A stretch of DNA of 64,000 bases from Balanoglossus misakiensis (lineage: Eukaryota; Animalia; Hemichordata), in assembly GCA_040954595.2 (NCBI GenBank), contig CM082579.2, positions 2,472,345-2,536,344 on the forward strand, read 5' to 3'. The notes beneath the pieces were generated by a model. It made no database searches and had not been told where the DNA came from. It saw only the letters and a program-made list of their open reading frames with translations. Below are positions 1 to 12,900 of this stretch, in pieces (within the stretch, counting starts at the first letter, position 1; each line of letters begins with the position of its first letter). The position numbers and the translations under genes are program-made.

Positions 1-762
1 GGTAAGTTTTGGTATAACTGCACCATTGTGCAGGTTCGGAATAATCCTACCGTGTGGCGTTACAGATCACAACGGGGTCAGGATGCAAAGGTTGGCAAGT
101 GGTTAAACCAAGCCTTAAGTGTGATATACTGGTATAGCATGGTAGAGCAGCATATGGTTTATGCATCAATTAGTTTTTCAATTCAGACACTACTTCTAGA
201 ATATTAAAAAATCACTTTTACAAGAGTGACGGGTCGGACTGTCGCATGGCACGTAAAAACAGTGTCGTTCAGAATTTCCGATATTACCACTGATGTAATA
301 TCTGCATTAAATGAAGCAGTCGACTTTTACTGTCTCTTAAACACGTCAATAATCAATCATACGCGATTTGCACATCGGGATAGTTCATTTATTAGATGCG
401 TCACAATTTATGGGTGAAAGATTTCGACTCAATCATAGGCAAACCCATCTGGAAATAAGATGACATAAAATAGCACGTTCTGTTCTTTTGATGGGTATTC
501 GACCTCTCATGTTTAGCAAAATTTCAAGTGATCAAACCTCTGCAAATTTCCAATTTATTGAAGTAAATTTTTCTCTAAGCTGAATTTGTGATGTAACTAA
601 ATGGTCAGTATGAGATCATGTATACTAGTAGTGGAGGGGAAACTTTTCAGTCCTAAAAACTCATCACGTCAACACAAACATTACTTTCGTTCCTTTCGAC
701 TCAATGGTGATATTGTGTAGAAATCGATTTATTATTACTATTATTATTATTATTATTTTCAG

Positions 763-2992
763 AACATAGGCTCCTTTCATCCGAGGTCAGAGTTGGATTA
801 TCGAGTGTCATGGCGAATAACGACGTCTGTGGAGGAATCATTACGGCCAGTACGTTGAACCAAACAACAGGCAGTCAAGTGCTGCTCGACTGTCACAGCA
901 TATTCGGTCGCTTTGTTAGCATACGCAGAACAGACGACAACAAGTACGCCTTGAATCTTTGCGAGGTCCAAGTCTATGCCGAAGATCCAGGTAATTTAGT
1001 TGGAATACAGTAGATAAACAAGCATGCCTTCTTTATAGATATATGTTCTTACAGAGTAATTATCTTTTAAAAGTGTACCTATAACTATCCAAGTGGACTC
1101 TGAACATAACGGTACATCATCATCATCGTAATAAAAATAATCTCATTTTGTGTAGAATGGGACGCAGTCTTTTTAGGTGTTGGTCGGTCGGGGGTAAACC
1201 TGCATGAAATGTGGTTGAATGGAACAGCGGTCGGTAGCAGATCGGACATAAGCAACAACAGTACTCAAAACTATCTTAATGAAGCCATTAATAAGTGGGC
1301 CAACCTTTACGTGAAATATGTGAGTAAATGTGTTTTTTTCTATTTCAATGTCCCATTGTGTGACAAGTTCTTATTTTAAAAAGAAGTTTGAGAGAACGCT
1401 GTTGAATGAGATTACTTTTCAATAAAACACTCAGATTTGTTTGTTGCTATTGATGGAACTTCGGATTATATTCTACTCTTTTCATTTTGAGTTGAATACC
1501 GAAACCGATTGCACGTGTACACTTAATCATCAGCGCGGCTCTTTCAGTCCCCAGCGGTGTTCGATGAAAAGAAGGTGCCGTGAAAGAAACCTTCGCCGAG
1601 CAGTTGTAGTCGCACGCAACACGTACTCCCCTTATTAAGGCCATACTGAAGGGTTCAGATTTTCATGGCAACCTTCGCTTAGGGCAAGCTATTTAAATGT
1701 AGTTACGATAACCTTGCCTATCTTTACCCAATTCCCATAAATTCTTTATGGCCAAATAAATGCACAATTTACAACACAGTCGAAACCATATGAAATAGAA
1801 GATACTGATGTATTGTAACGCCGTCATTGTGCCTATAAGAGGCTGTATGGTAAGAAAATGAGATGTCAAACCAGAATCCAATTATCTTAAACATCACTGA
1901 TTGACAGTCACTTAAGAAAGATCTAAAAAAATTGTATTGTGGTCTTTTCAAGGTGAAGCTGTCTCTCTTCAAGGACAACGTAGAAGTAGCCAGCATCTTG
2001 TTCGATGGAAACAACAGCACAAAGACAAATTGGTTTACGTCAGACCGCATTATTGCGTCAAGTTGGGCAGACCTGACCAATGAAACTGTGGCATACATGA
2101 ATATCGGAGGGAATTCTGGGTAAGGTCATCTGAAGGTTGTTTTTAAGCTTTGAGTATTTGCGGGTCTGTGTAAGCATCTTGATTTTCAATACGACGGATA
2201 AGGGGTCGATAACGAGTTTCCAAAAGTGTCATAGTAGTGGCGTTCCACTGTTTAAACGACACGAAAAACAATCATCGATCCTTCAAACACCAAACAGTCA
2301 GTCAACGCTATGTGGTAATTAAATGAATGGTTTCTTACCAACAAATTGTACTTAGAATGTAATTAGACTTCGCAATTAACGCAATAAATTCCAGACACGT
2401 ATCTACTGATAAATGGACTTCGAGTAATTTAAAAGGTTATAATTAAAACTACGTTAATGAAATGACTTTACCAGAAAATGCTCTCACTTATCAGAAAATG
2501 ATTAACTTTATACAATTATCTCTCACTACACCACCACAAGGAATGAAGGGTTCATGTTACACGAATCGAATGTCACCAACTGCTTGGCACAATCGGGGTG
2601 GATCGTTATCTTGGAAGATACCACTACGGGGTGTGACTGGAAAACCCCATATTCAGACACATCTGCTATACTGTACAGCACTGAACAGACATCCACAGAC
2701 TGGAATACACCAGGTGATATAGCATTCCCTTATTTAAAACCATGCAAATGAGTGGCCCAGAATTTCTGTGTACATTGTTAGATGTAACTCAGTTTATTGC
2801 AGACAGGAATCGAAATACTTATCAGTATTTTAGCAGAAATAAGGATGTCATATTTGAATTTGGTTCACAGTAAATGACAAGTAATAGTCATGCACTGGTC
2901 TACGGTATATGACAGATAACATAGCTGGTTTTTTTCTTTTAGCAAAGGAAGAAGCTGACATCATGATCATATACTTGTATTATGTCTATTGA
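763..2992 (+). CDS. 3' part of a multi-exon gene: F-type lectin/FTP (F5/8-like) domain followed by an uncharacterised invertebrate C-terminal domain; 5' end lies upstream of the window
   Basis: In-frame GT-AG exons 763-990, 1156-1319, 1953-2119, 2541-2713, 2943-2992 (TGA). The first encodes CGG...DC..IFGRFVSIRR..YALNLCEVQVY, the fucolectin/FTP C-terminal signature. Later exons give EWDAVFLGVGRSG..W / VKLSLFKDNVEVASILFDG..NWF..SSW.DL / C..GWIVI..CDW..ILYS / ADIMIIY. A donor GTAAGT at position 2 suggests an upstream exon. Confidence 0.75.
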
Positions 2993-3852
2993 AGACGGCA
3001 AAGCTGATCAACTTGTCTTTGCCAAGAATCCAAGATGCACGTCAAGTTATGGTATTACTGTAGACCATAAAGGTTTATTGCAATACAGGATGCTTTCAAT
3101 GCAGTGGAATCATCTTGACATGGGCGGTGGCACATTTCGCCACACGTGATGAATCTGGCCAAAGACACCTGGCAAAGCAAGGACGTGTTTTCAGCCTTGC
3201 CTATACGTACATTACGCACACAGAATGGTGTCAGTATGCAACTAGCAGGATCCGAAAAATTTTACAAGTGTGCATTGTGCAAGTACGAGAGGCGCGTTTA
3301 AGGATGTAGTGTTTTCAAGTGGAAATGGCGGCTAATTACTTTTATCTGCGAGGATCTATGATCTTTGAGAGGTCGCCGAAATTCTACTGAAGACAGAGAA
3401 TGAAACTTTCGACGACAGCGGGCGCCCTAGTAATTACTTCATTGCACCAGGTTTTCAAAAGTTCAACATTGGTTTCTTTTTTACACTACAACATTATAAT
3501 GAACACTAAATGATACATAGTACCCTCAGAAATGGAAATTGTCATATGGAAACGTTTAATAGTTAAATTAGTTTGTACGGACATTTTGATTATTTGGGAG
3601 GAAATCAAATCCCATCTTTTAATTTTCATCGTAATGTTTGTATATATGGTACGACTGAAGCAGTCTTTTAGATATCACTGAGAATTGTTTGTCTTTTTTA
3701 TTACGCCATTTGTCCAGACCAGTACACCAACGAGCACCAAAAGAAGCGAGTTTGACGTATCTGTATGTGATTTTTGGGTGTTTGTCTTCACGTTACGTTA
3801 ATAAAAAAAATCCTTGTGAGAATATGCCACTGCAAATATCATGATTATGTAC

Positions 3853-4913
3853 CAGGGGTTTCACTAAAATTTGAAGTAGAGGGCCATATTGGCAAAGTAG
3901 GGGGCCAATTATGCGGGGCCGGGGACATGTTGACCTTTGACCCCCCCCCCAATCATGTTGACCTTTGACCCCCCCCCCCCCCCCCCCCCCATTCTACACA
4001 CAAACACATACACACAAACTCATATGATTTCACTTCAGACACCTTTTATTACAGCACTAGTCAATCAAATCCAAAGTCACTATCAGGGTCTGAATCCTCT
4101 GATGGTAAATCCAAAACACATGCACTTGTTATTCTAGTTTAACAAATCATTTAAAGGCTTTTGACTGTGATAGTACACATTTCAATGGCCTCCCCATGAA
4201 GACCTAGTAAAACAAATTTTCCCAAATCATTTAGCATATTTGGCTAAAATGTAAGTGATCTCCGCTCCCCCCCCCCCCCTCGGCCGTAAAAACTGAACGG
4301 TCCCTAAAGCAATGATTTCTGTCCTGATAAAATCGACAAATTACTGATGGAAAAAACTGTTCTGCTGCTGAAAAAAACACAAAAAACGCCTGCCTTTTTT
4401 TATTCTTTTTGACATCACTAATTGCCCTGAACATCGATCTCACGGGTGTCTGCCGCGGCCGTCTGTAGACGCGCGGACACATGGCATGACCTCTAACAAA
4501 AGTTGCTACATCTTTTGTCAAGTTTTAGATATTTTGTTGCGACCGGAACGCTGAGATGCGTTAGTTGTTGCAATTTGTGCGTTACTACGTCAATGATACT
4601 ATTTATAGGACGCCTGTCTAAAGATAACTGGTGCGCCGAGTGAAATGGGCAACGCGTACTGTTTCACGATCCGGTGAAATGCGATCGTGACTCGCGATTT
4701 TCCAGGAGTTTCAAGGAGAAATTTTGAATTTCTAGGAGATTTCAGGAGTTTCCAGGAGGGGTTTCAAATTCCAGGAGCGTACGAACCCTTATTTATGAGC
4801 GTGAAAGAGTATACAAATAAAAATAACCCTAATGGGTTAAGGAAAAGTAGACGGCCAGTTCAGTGCAAGTACCCGGCCAATTGGCCGGTGGCCGGCGCTT
4901 AGCGAAAACCCTG
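3853..4913. mobile_element. Non-autonomous TIR DNA transposon (hAT-like ends) with 6-bp target-site duplication
   Basis: Left TIR CAGGGGTTTCACTAA (3853-3867) vs right TIR reverse complement CAGGGTTTTCGCTAA (4899-4913), 13/15 match. ATGTAC directly flanks both ends (3847-3852, 4914-4919). No transposase ORF. Internal poly-C runs and a TTCCAGGAG-like repeat array at about 4700-4780. Confidence 0.7.
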
Positions 4914-6928
4914 ATGTACGTTTCCCCTGTATTTTCAAATGGCACAGTTTGATGTTGTCTATAACGGTCAAATTTGCAGAGGAATTCTCACTATGAGCTT
5001 TAGAAAGCAAATCGTTGTAGATCAACACGTAATCTACTCAGTCAAGTTGTCCGTTGGTTGAAGCCCTGGAAATTAACAGTGAAATGCGCGGCATACCATG
5101 GGCGGGTGTTTAAATCTTTAAATAATCTGATGTGATGGCGGCCTTAGGGTGAAAGGTAATGGGACACATTAGAATACTTTGCATATTTCTGAAAAAAGGG
5201 CGAAGATGGCGCGAGAGAGCATGTCTTGAACCGACGTGTTACGATCAGTGGCATCCCCCGCAGGAAGTGGGGGCTGGATGTGGTATGTGCATGCTCGGAT
5301 ACTCCAGACGTTACTCCAGACAAAGAACTGAGACAGAGAAGACGAATTGATTTTCCGTCGCTTAAATTGCAGACCACAGAAGATAATTGAGGTAGGTACG
5401 CCAGACCTAACATAGTGACACGACCCAAAAAAGTTCTATCCTGCACCCCTTCTAAATACCAGCATTACTAATCACTTGTTTGGACCGATACCTGATAAAT
5501 CTTCGTTTTGCAGTGAAAATGTATACCCGCTTAATGTTGCAACGTTAAACGTCTCACGTTACGGTAGAACCGGCTCCTTTTCAAGAAACGTTTGGAAATA
5601 ATTCACAGCAATGCTGAACGTCTGGGGTCATTAATTAACGTCGCTTTCTGTTCCAGCATTTATTGAATTAGTTCAACGACGTCTTGATTGTAAGAAATGA
5701 CGCACAAATCTCGCAGAATGTGTTAGTGTTGACGATTGTTAGTGTTTAATTTAGCCCTCAATTGCTTCGAGGGGCCAGTTAATCCATTTTGGTCATTAAC
5801 ATATCAGTCCGAGAGTCTCCATAGATTTTTACCTGCCAAATACAGTGCCAAATCGGATCGCATTTCATCAAGAGGCAAACCAATTGTGTATATTAATTAT
5901 TATGTAAGCCTTCTGGTATCCAGCCTATAGGTCAAGTTTGCATGAAGTAACTACTAGAATGTTTGCCCGTCAAACTCCAAAAGAAAGATGGCGAGGCGCC
6001 CAACGTCAACCAGATATTCCGCAGCTAGTGCCTGTCAGGAAGAGCACCAATTATAGCCGCAAACGCGTCCACCAAGCTCAGCGTTTTACCCATAGGCGTG
6101 TCCTTGATCAAACATGATTTTTACACCATGATTCATGCACCAACGCCCAGGTACCAGAATGACGAGGAAAGCACTTCAGCTGCGGGGGGTCCCTTAAATT
6201 CAGCGGAAATGCCAGTTAGATACGTAATATGAAATCAACAACATATTACATGTTTTTAAGTTCGAAATGTCATGGAGTAAAAAAATAATTATGACCCTGA
6301 AACCTGTGTGGGGTAACTAGGTGCAGTATTAATAGGACACTCCCTGTATGTGAATTTGTAAAGTTTGCGTGACGATTATCCAATTTAACCACGGAAGCTC
6401 CACAGACGTGTCCATGAAAGAGTGACCTGACAAGAAACCATATAATTTCACTGCCAATCAGCTGATAATTTAAATGTAAACGCATGCACGCTATACCGTA
6501 CATATCGGTGGAGTGGGTGTCTATCTCAGAATGATACAACTGCGCGTTAAGTTCAAAGTTCAAAGTCCAGCACCTTTTGTGATTGAAACCAGATGGTGTA
6601 TATATATGCACTAAATCATTCCACGAAAACAGTGCAGAGTTCAAAAGAGGTTGCTAAAATCGCATAGCAGCCGGGGCTCTGTTGAGTCTGTCTTCATTTA
6701 ATACGCACACACCCAACCCTCTGCCCTAAACCTACTTGATACGCAGATATTCTTAATCACAGAAGATAAATCATCATTGAAGTAATAGCACATTATGACC
6801 GACAAAGAATCCAAAGAAATATAATATTTCAAATACGACAGTTATGAAAAAATGGATTTAGATTAGATAAAGATTTATATCATTTACAAAATGAATTCCG
6901 TTTTGGGTTTCAGCTTTGAGAAGTTACC

Positions 6929-9900
6929 ATGGCAACATTCATTTGGTATTTTTCACTGATCGCTGTGATGCTTTGCTGTGTCTCTGAGATTGGTAAGTAC
7001 AGTCATTCAGTATCTTTCAATGGCAATGTCATGTCTGGCTCTAGACGAATATAACCTGTGCTTTGGAGATTCGTAGGTTAAAGCTCGCAAGCACAAATAG
7101 TGCAGGGCTGTCTTCAGACTTCCATCGTCACTTTGTTTGATCTGATGCCCCGGTAATGGCTTATTCCAGAAGAACATGTTCATATCCGGCGCTGTGTGAT
7201 GGTAATAATGTGGACAATTTGGCTATACAAACGCGGCCACATACTTCTGGCATTTTAGTTCAAGTACGAGCATAAGAAGACAGTCATTCTAATCCCATAC
7301 TTCAAACCACACGTTATCATGTAACTCAACACTTCGCCCAATTCTTAAAAATAGAAACCCTGATCGATATTCACACAAGTTTCCAAGATTACCGTGAGAG
7401 GTCATCCGATGAACTATAACGAGAGATAAGTGAACTGCTGCAGTGGTAGGGAACCATTATAGTTAAGGTCACCCCGACTTTGACATGGAAAGTCATACCA
7501 TCGCGACCAATCTGATTAAAATCAGATGTAGGGAACGGCGACTTGGTTTTTTTATGTTGTCGCCTCACACTCACACTAGTGTGAGGCGACAACATAAAAA
7601 AACCAACATAAAAAAACCAAGTCGCCGTTCCCTACATCTGATTTTAATCAGATTGCATCGCGACGACCTCTCACAGATTTAAACATTAGCTTCCTCGTAG
7701 TGAACACTGGGGCTAAAAATCAAGCTCTTAATTTCTGATCTAGCCTGTCAGGGAAGCTGTGGACAGAACAAATACAAGTGTATCGGAGAATCAAAGTGCA
7801 TTGATCAGGAGCAAGTGTGTAATGGCGTCGTTGACTGCATGAATTACAGAGACGACGAGTCCGATTGTGGTAAGTCCATAATTTGATAGTAAAATAAACT
7901 AAATCATATCAGTCATAATATTTAACTTGGGAGTAAAAATCAAGTAGTTACATCATATCGTTGCAGTAAACAGGGGTACGTTGCTTACACCGATGGTCAG
8001 CACAAATACAAGTCTCTCAGTGTATATGTGATCAACTCGACCAATAATACACTTCTCAACACAGACACACTACATTTTCCAAACCAAACCTGTTTTATAC
8101 CTCTTAATTTCTGATAGCTTGTCAGATACGCAATGGAAACAACAAATACCAGTGCAGGGAAGATACAAAGTGCATTGATCAGGTGCAAGTATGCAACGGT
8201 GTTGTTGACTGCATGAATCATCGAGACGACGAGTCCGACTGCGGTAAGTCAATATAATTTAATAGTCTATCATTGTATGTGGTGCTTGAGCCATGTCAAA
8301 ACTTCCATTTCTCATTTTCTTTTTTTCTATTGTATTCTCCCTTGCCATTCTCGAACGAAATCATATTAGTTAAAAAAAGAAAATATATAACTTGTTTTCT
8401 TTTATATGTAAAGCAGCGGAAACAACAACAACGACTACTATTTCTGCTGCCACCACAATTATTACTACTACAAAAGACACTACAGTTGCAATGAGCGAAA
8501 CATCACTTAGCCCTACACTTCAGTCACACGCTTCTTCTGCAACAACGATGGAAGACCCCCGGATCAACATCTCAACATTGACGCCATCACCATCGCAACC
8601 TGTTACACCTCTGAGAAATACTAGCATACTGCCAACAGAGATATCACAGACAACAACCGCATCCACACATAATGCAAGCGGCACACTTGACGCGACAGAG
8701 CAATTAACAGTAGACACGGGAACAGAGTTATCGCCAACCAGTAATGGATCCTTTGCGAACGCAACCGCAGTGCCAACAAGCCGCCTCACCAAATCTTACA
8801 GCACAAAGCCAACAAACACCTCGCTCACAACCCAGTCTTCTCTTTCTAGTACGTCGAAGGAATTACTCACATGGAAAACACAAACAAACATAACTGGGCC
8901 ATTATCAAGTACAATTGGGAAAGACATCTCAAATGAAACACAACTGGCAAGCATCGCGCAAACTACAGAAATGCCAGCGAGTCGTACTGAACTTGTTAAT
9001 ACGCCCTCAAACACAACAGCGGAGTTACCGTCCCGAAGTAGTATGCCCCTAACAGACAAACTTCAGTCGAGTACGAATGAGTTGCCGGTTTCCACAGTAC
9101 ATACGCAGGACACATCGACAGCAACTGTAAGGACAACTGCGACACACGTCTCAAAGGAAACTTCAACAACTTCCAGGTCACTTGTCAGGACAACGCCACC
9201 AACGGTGTCCGAGTCCACACCAAGCGTTTCCCAGACCCACATTTCAACAGATAAGCTACTCGTGAGTACATGGCAAATTCGCAATTTCATTGTTCACTGC
9301 CAATTCAGACTTTTGTTCACGCATTATAAAAAAGTAGTTGATGTGCAGAGTAAACCGTGTTCAGACCACAAAACAGTAACAATGAGTCCCTAGGGAGACA
9401 TCCATTTAAATAACTTCATTAAGAGAGCTCAATGGTTATTTACAGGACCGAGAGATATCACATTTCCAACCAACCATGGGGCCCGTGTCTGGTGGTACCA
9501 CGCTGATTATCTTCGGAAAATATTTGAGCACTGATATTGTGTTTGTATATATCGCCAGTAAGCCATGTAACATTATCCGGTAAGAAAGTTTGAAGCCCAC
9601 GCTAATGATTAATGTTTGATAGTTTGACTTGTAGAGGGCGCTTTTACAAGTGCTTTACTCGTTAGACATGACATACCCGAGAAAGTTCATCTTGTCATAA
9701 CCAATTTCCCTATTTTCTATTTGAGTATCATTATGGGCGTGGTCAGTTCAATTGAGAGGCGGGGCCAGAGATGATTGATCCCAACAGCAATAATGATACA
9801 TTTGTAAGCATTGCTAACTGTAATTTGATGGGAATTTGATCATCATTATTCTGGCATTTTTGCAGTCTAAGGGGTGGACCATTTCATATTCAGGGAGTCA

Positions 9901-12900
9901 GAACGATTTTTTGGTGCATTATTTTTTCCACATGCTCCGCTGGATGTTTTTCTTTACAAATAAATTGATGTGAATGCCACGAACCACAGTACAGCATGAG
10001 CCCAGAGCATGAGCAAGTCTAAACAACAAGGTTGCAAAACTGCTACAATTTATCACATTCCCTGGCCGCGTGAAATTAACTGTTCTGGTACAGGAAGAAG
10101 CTAAATGCTAGTACATAAGAAAAAAGTAAATGCATTTTAAATTCCTCTTTCCTGTTAAAAATCAGTGGCCAAAATACCTTGTTTCTGTCAGTGACTCCAA
10201 TAGGAATGCGAGTGTAAGACAGACAGCCTCAGACGGGTCAGAGTTGTAGAGTAGCAACCCACTCCAACGTGTTTGTGGCTTTTATATTCGAAAACAGATG
10301 AAGGTATAGTTAACATGCAAATTGCAAAAGGGCCTACATAATGCAAATGAGGTATGTTAATTTGCAGTCTTACACGAGAATGACTCCCTGTGGCCGAATA
10401 AAATTTAAAATGCATTTACTTTTTCTTACGTTCTTTGCATGTTTAAATATAAACTGTACATGTCGAGTATTCTGTAACTTCGAAAATAAAGCCGTCTTTT
10501 CTCATTTTGGAAGTAAAATTGGACGAAGGAACTAAGTACGACAGTCGACACAAACATTCCGGTAGCCCCTGGCTCCGGGCTATCGTATGCAATGTTTTAC
10601 CTTACCTGTAGTAGCTGTAGTCTCCCGCAGAGGCTTCGATGCAAGAGCTGTGGTCTTTGATCCATACTCAGTTCATTCTGTACTAGTCTTTATCTGCGAC
10701 GTGTCCAAACTGCAGGCATCGTCAGATAATTTGACAAATATCGTTGCCGTTTCGCATAAAAAGGGCATTTTCTAACGCCAAAAGTGTCACGGATAATCGA
10801 ATTCGCCTGCGTGCATCATTTTGCCATCCTGTCGCCCGCACCCGTCTGGGTCGTCACTCACCAGAAAAATTGTCCGCTCTTGGAATTTCATGCTGGTCAG
10901 TATATTCAACTGTCGATATGACACTAGGACTGACAAACTGTAAACTTCATCTTCAATTTTAACGCGAAGCGAGCGTTTCATTCCGTCCGCTTGATCAAGA
11001 CAGGTTGTGTTCTCTCAGCAGAGCCCGCACCGAATGACGAACACGGCGCGCAGTTGCTCTATTTCAGGCGTGTCAGCGTGGGAAAATTCTGCCCTACTAA
11101 TTAAAAAGTAGCAAAAACATTAACTGTAACAAAATTCCCGAATGCAAAGTTTTATGATTGGTTGGGAACACATGATATTTGGCGCGCTTTTTTTATGGCA
11201 ATTAATTAGTCTAATTTATATTTTCTATTTGAAATAACACATTGAAATATTGTCTGGTCGCAATGTACCACGGGGAAATAGAGTAATAAGTAAGACTTGG
11301 CCCATTTAGTATTTCTCCTATTCTAGCTAATTCGGACAGAATATATTTTACTTTCAAAATTCAGTATCACGTTTATCTCGCCTTTCTTTTTTTCAGCGAG
11401 AATGAAATGGAGAACAACGTTGTCTGTGTAACACCACCAGTACAGAACCCGACACTTTCTAATATTACGCTGGTATTTGAGGACGTTAACGTGACGAGTT
11501 CCTCGTCGTATTCATTCAAACACGATCCAATAATATCTACCATAGCACCTCTAAGGCAATTCAAGGGGTAGGTCGTAATTCCATCATGTAAGATGTTTTT
11601 TTATTTGAGGAAAATGTCCTCACCAACACCCATGCCAGTTCGAACACATGTTCTATTTTATGGTCGATTTTTTGCAGTGGTGGGCAGATCCAGACAGTCA
11701 CAGGGAGTTACCTGGATGTAATTGCCAGACCGATGTTTATTGTCGCCGTGGAAACCGACTCTTCATCCTTCAATCTCTGTTCGGTAAGGTTTTATTCTCC
11801 CATTACTTTAGATTAAAATTGGCATGTGGTCACATCGAGAAGGGTTGCCTCATTTTTAAAAGCAGCCGATATCTCACGTTTGTCGGGCACCGACATCGAG
11901 GGTTCCAAGAAATCTGAAATGCATCTATTTCTATTCCCGGTTGCTTACACTAATATTTTTCTGTGATCAGAATTGCGAAGTGTTGGATGGGGAGACAATG
12001 GTTTGTCCGTCTCCAAAAATCTCCTTCGATGACAAGAACAGCGACAGTTGCCGAATTGATATTGCGAGTTCTCTCGAGGAGCAAGAGACAGGGAGAAGAC
12101 TCTCGACCATTGTGAAACGTGGTGCCCGTGATGATTGCCGGGATATTACGTCAGCGAACGGGGAAGATGTCACGTTCAAGGTTGGGTTTCTGCTGGACGG
12201 TGTTCGAGAGTGGCTTCCCCAGAACATTGTGCGTTACTTGGTGCCAAAGTACACAACATACACCGTCAACGAAGACCCCCTGTTCTACAAGTTTCACGGG
12301 GATGGTTACATCACGGATGTGAATGAAGACGACGAATACCTGGTGATAACGGTAGAGAACTGACATTTTTCTGGCTATCCCATATACACATCGAGTCGGA
12401 CAGTCTCAAAGTTTCTTACACATTTACCTAGCACACAATGAAACTGGTGTGTGTGGCATTAATCATGGGGACATTATTTATGTTTTTCAGGGCGAACGTC
12501 TAAACTGCAGTGCACAAATAGAGGACATAAAAGTAGAAGTTGGCCAAGATTACTGTGAGCCAATCGTTTCGCTGGATCATCGTCAGCTGATTTGCAAACA
12601 TCCACCTCAAGTCGAAAACGCGACTGATCGTGATCATCTTCATGTCAGGGTAAATGTTATCATGGTACCATATCAAATTTTAAAACGTTCTGTCGTTCTA
12701 ATATTTGGCAGCGTTACATTACGACAAATTTTGCCCACAGCTGATTTCGTGTACATCGCTGAACAAAGTACCTAATATTATAAGAATTATGAGATTAGGC
12801 ACCGATGCTGACATGACTCTCTTGTGTATTCTATTCGTCCCATCCTTGCAATTACAGGTACTGATTGGTGTATTCGACGAACCGTCGTACGACATCGGCT

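Noticed and set aside
3448-5068. Possible outer TIR pair CAGGTTTTCAA / TTGAAGCCCTG enclosing the TIR element
   Set aside because: Short imperfect match and no target-site duplication.
8520-9290. Several antisense ORFs over the mucin exon (likewise over 50041-51354)
   Set aside because: Expected shadows of low-complexity, stop-poor coding sequence.
9866-11215. Probable repeat-derived segments in the long RTK intron, checked for hidden Sema/PSI exons
   Set aside because: No Sema/PSI-like peptide seen, the flanking exons join in frame within one IPT domain, and element boundaries could not be defined.
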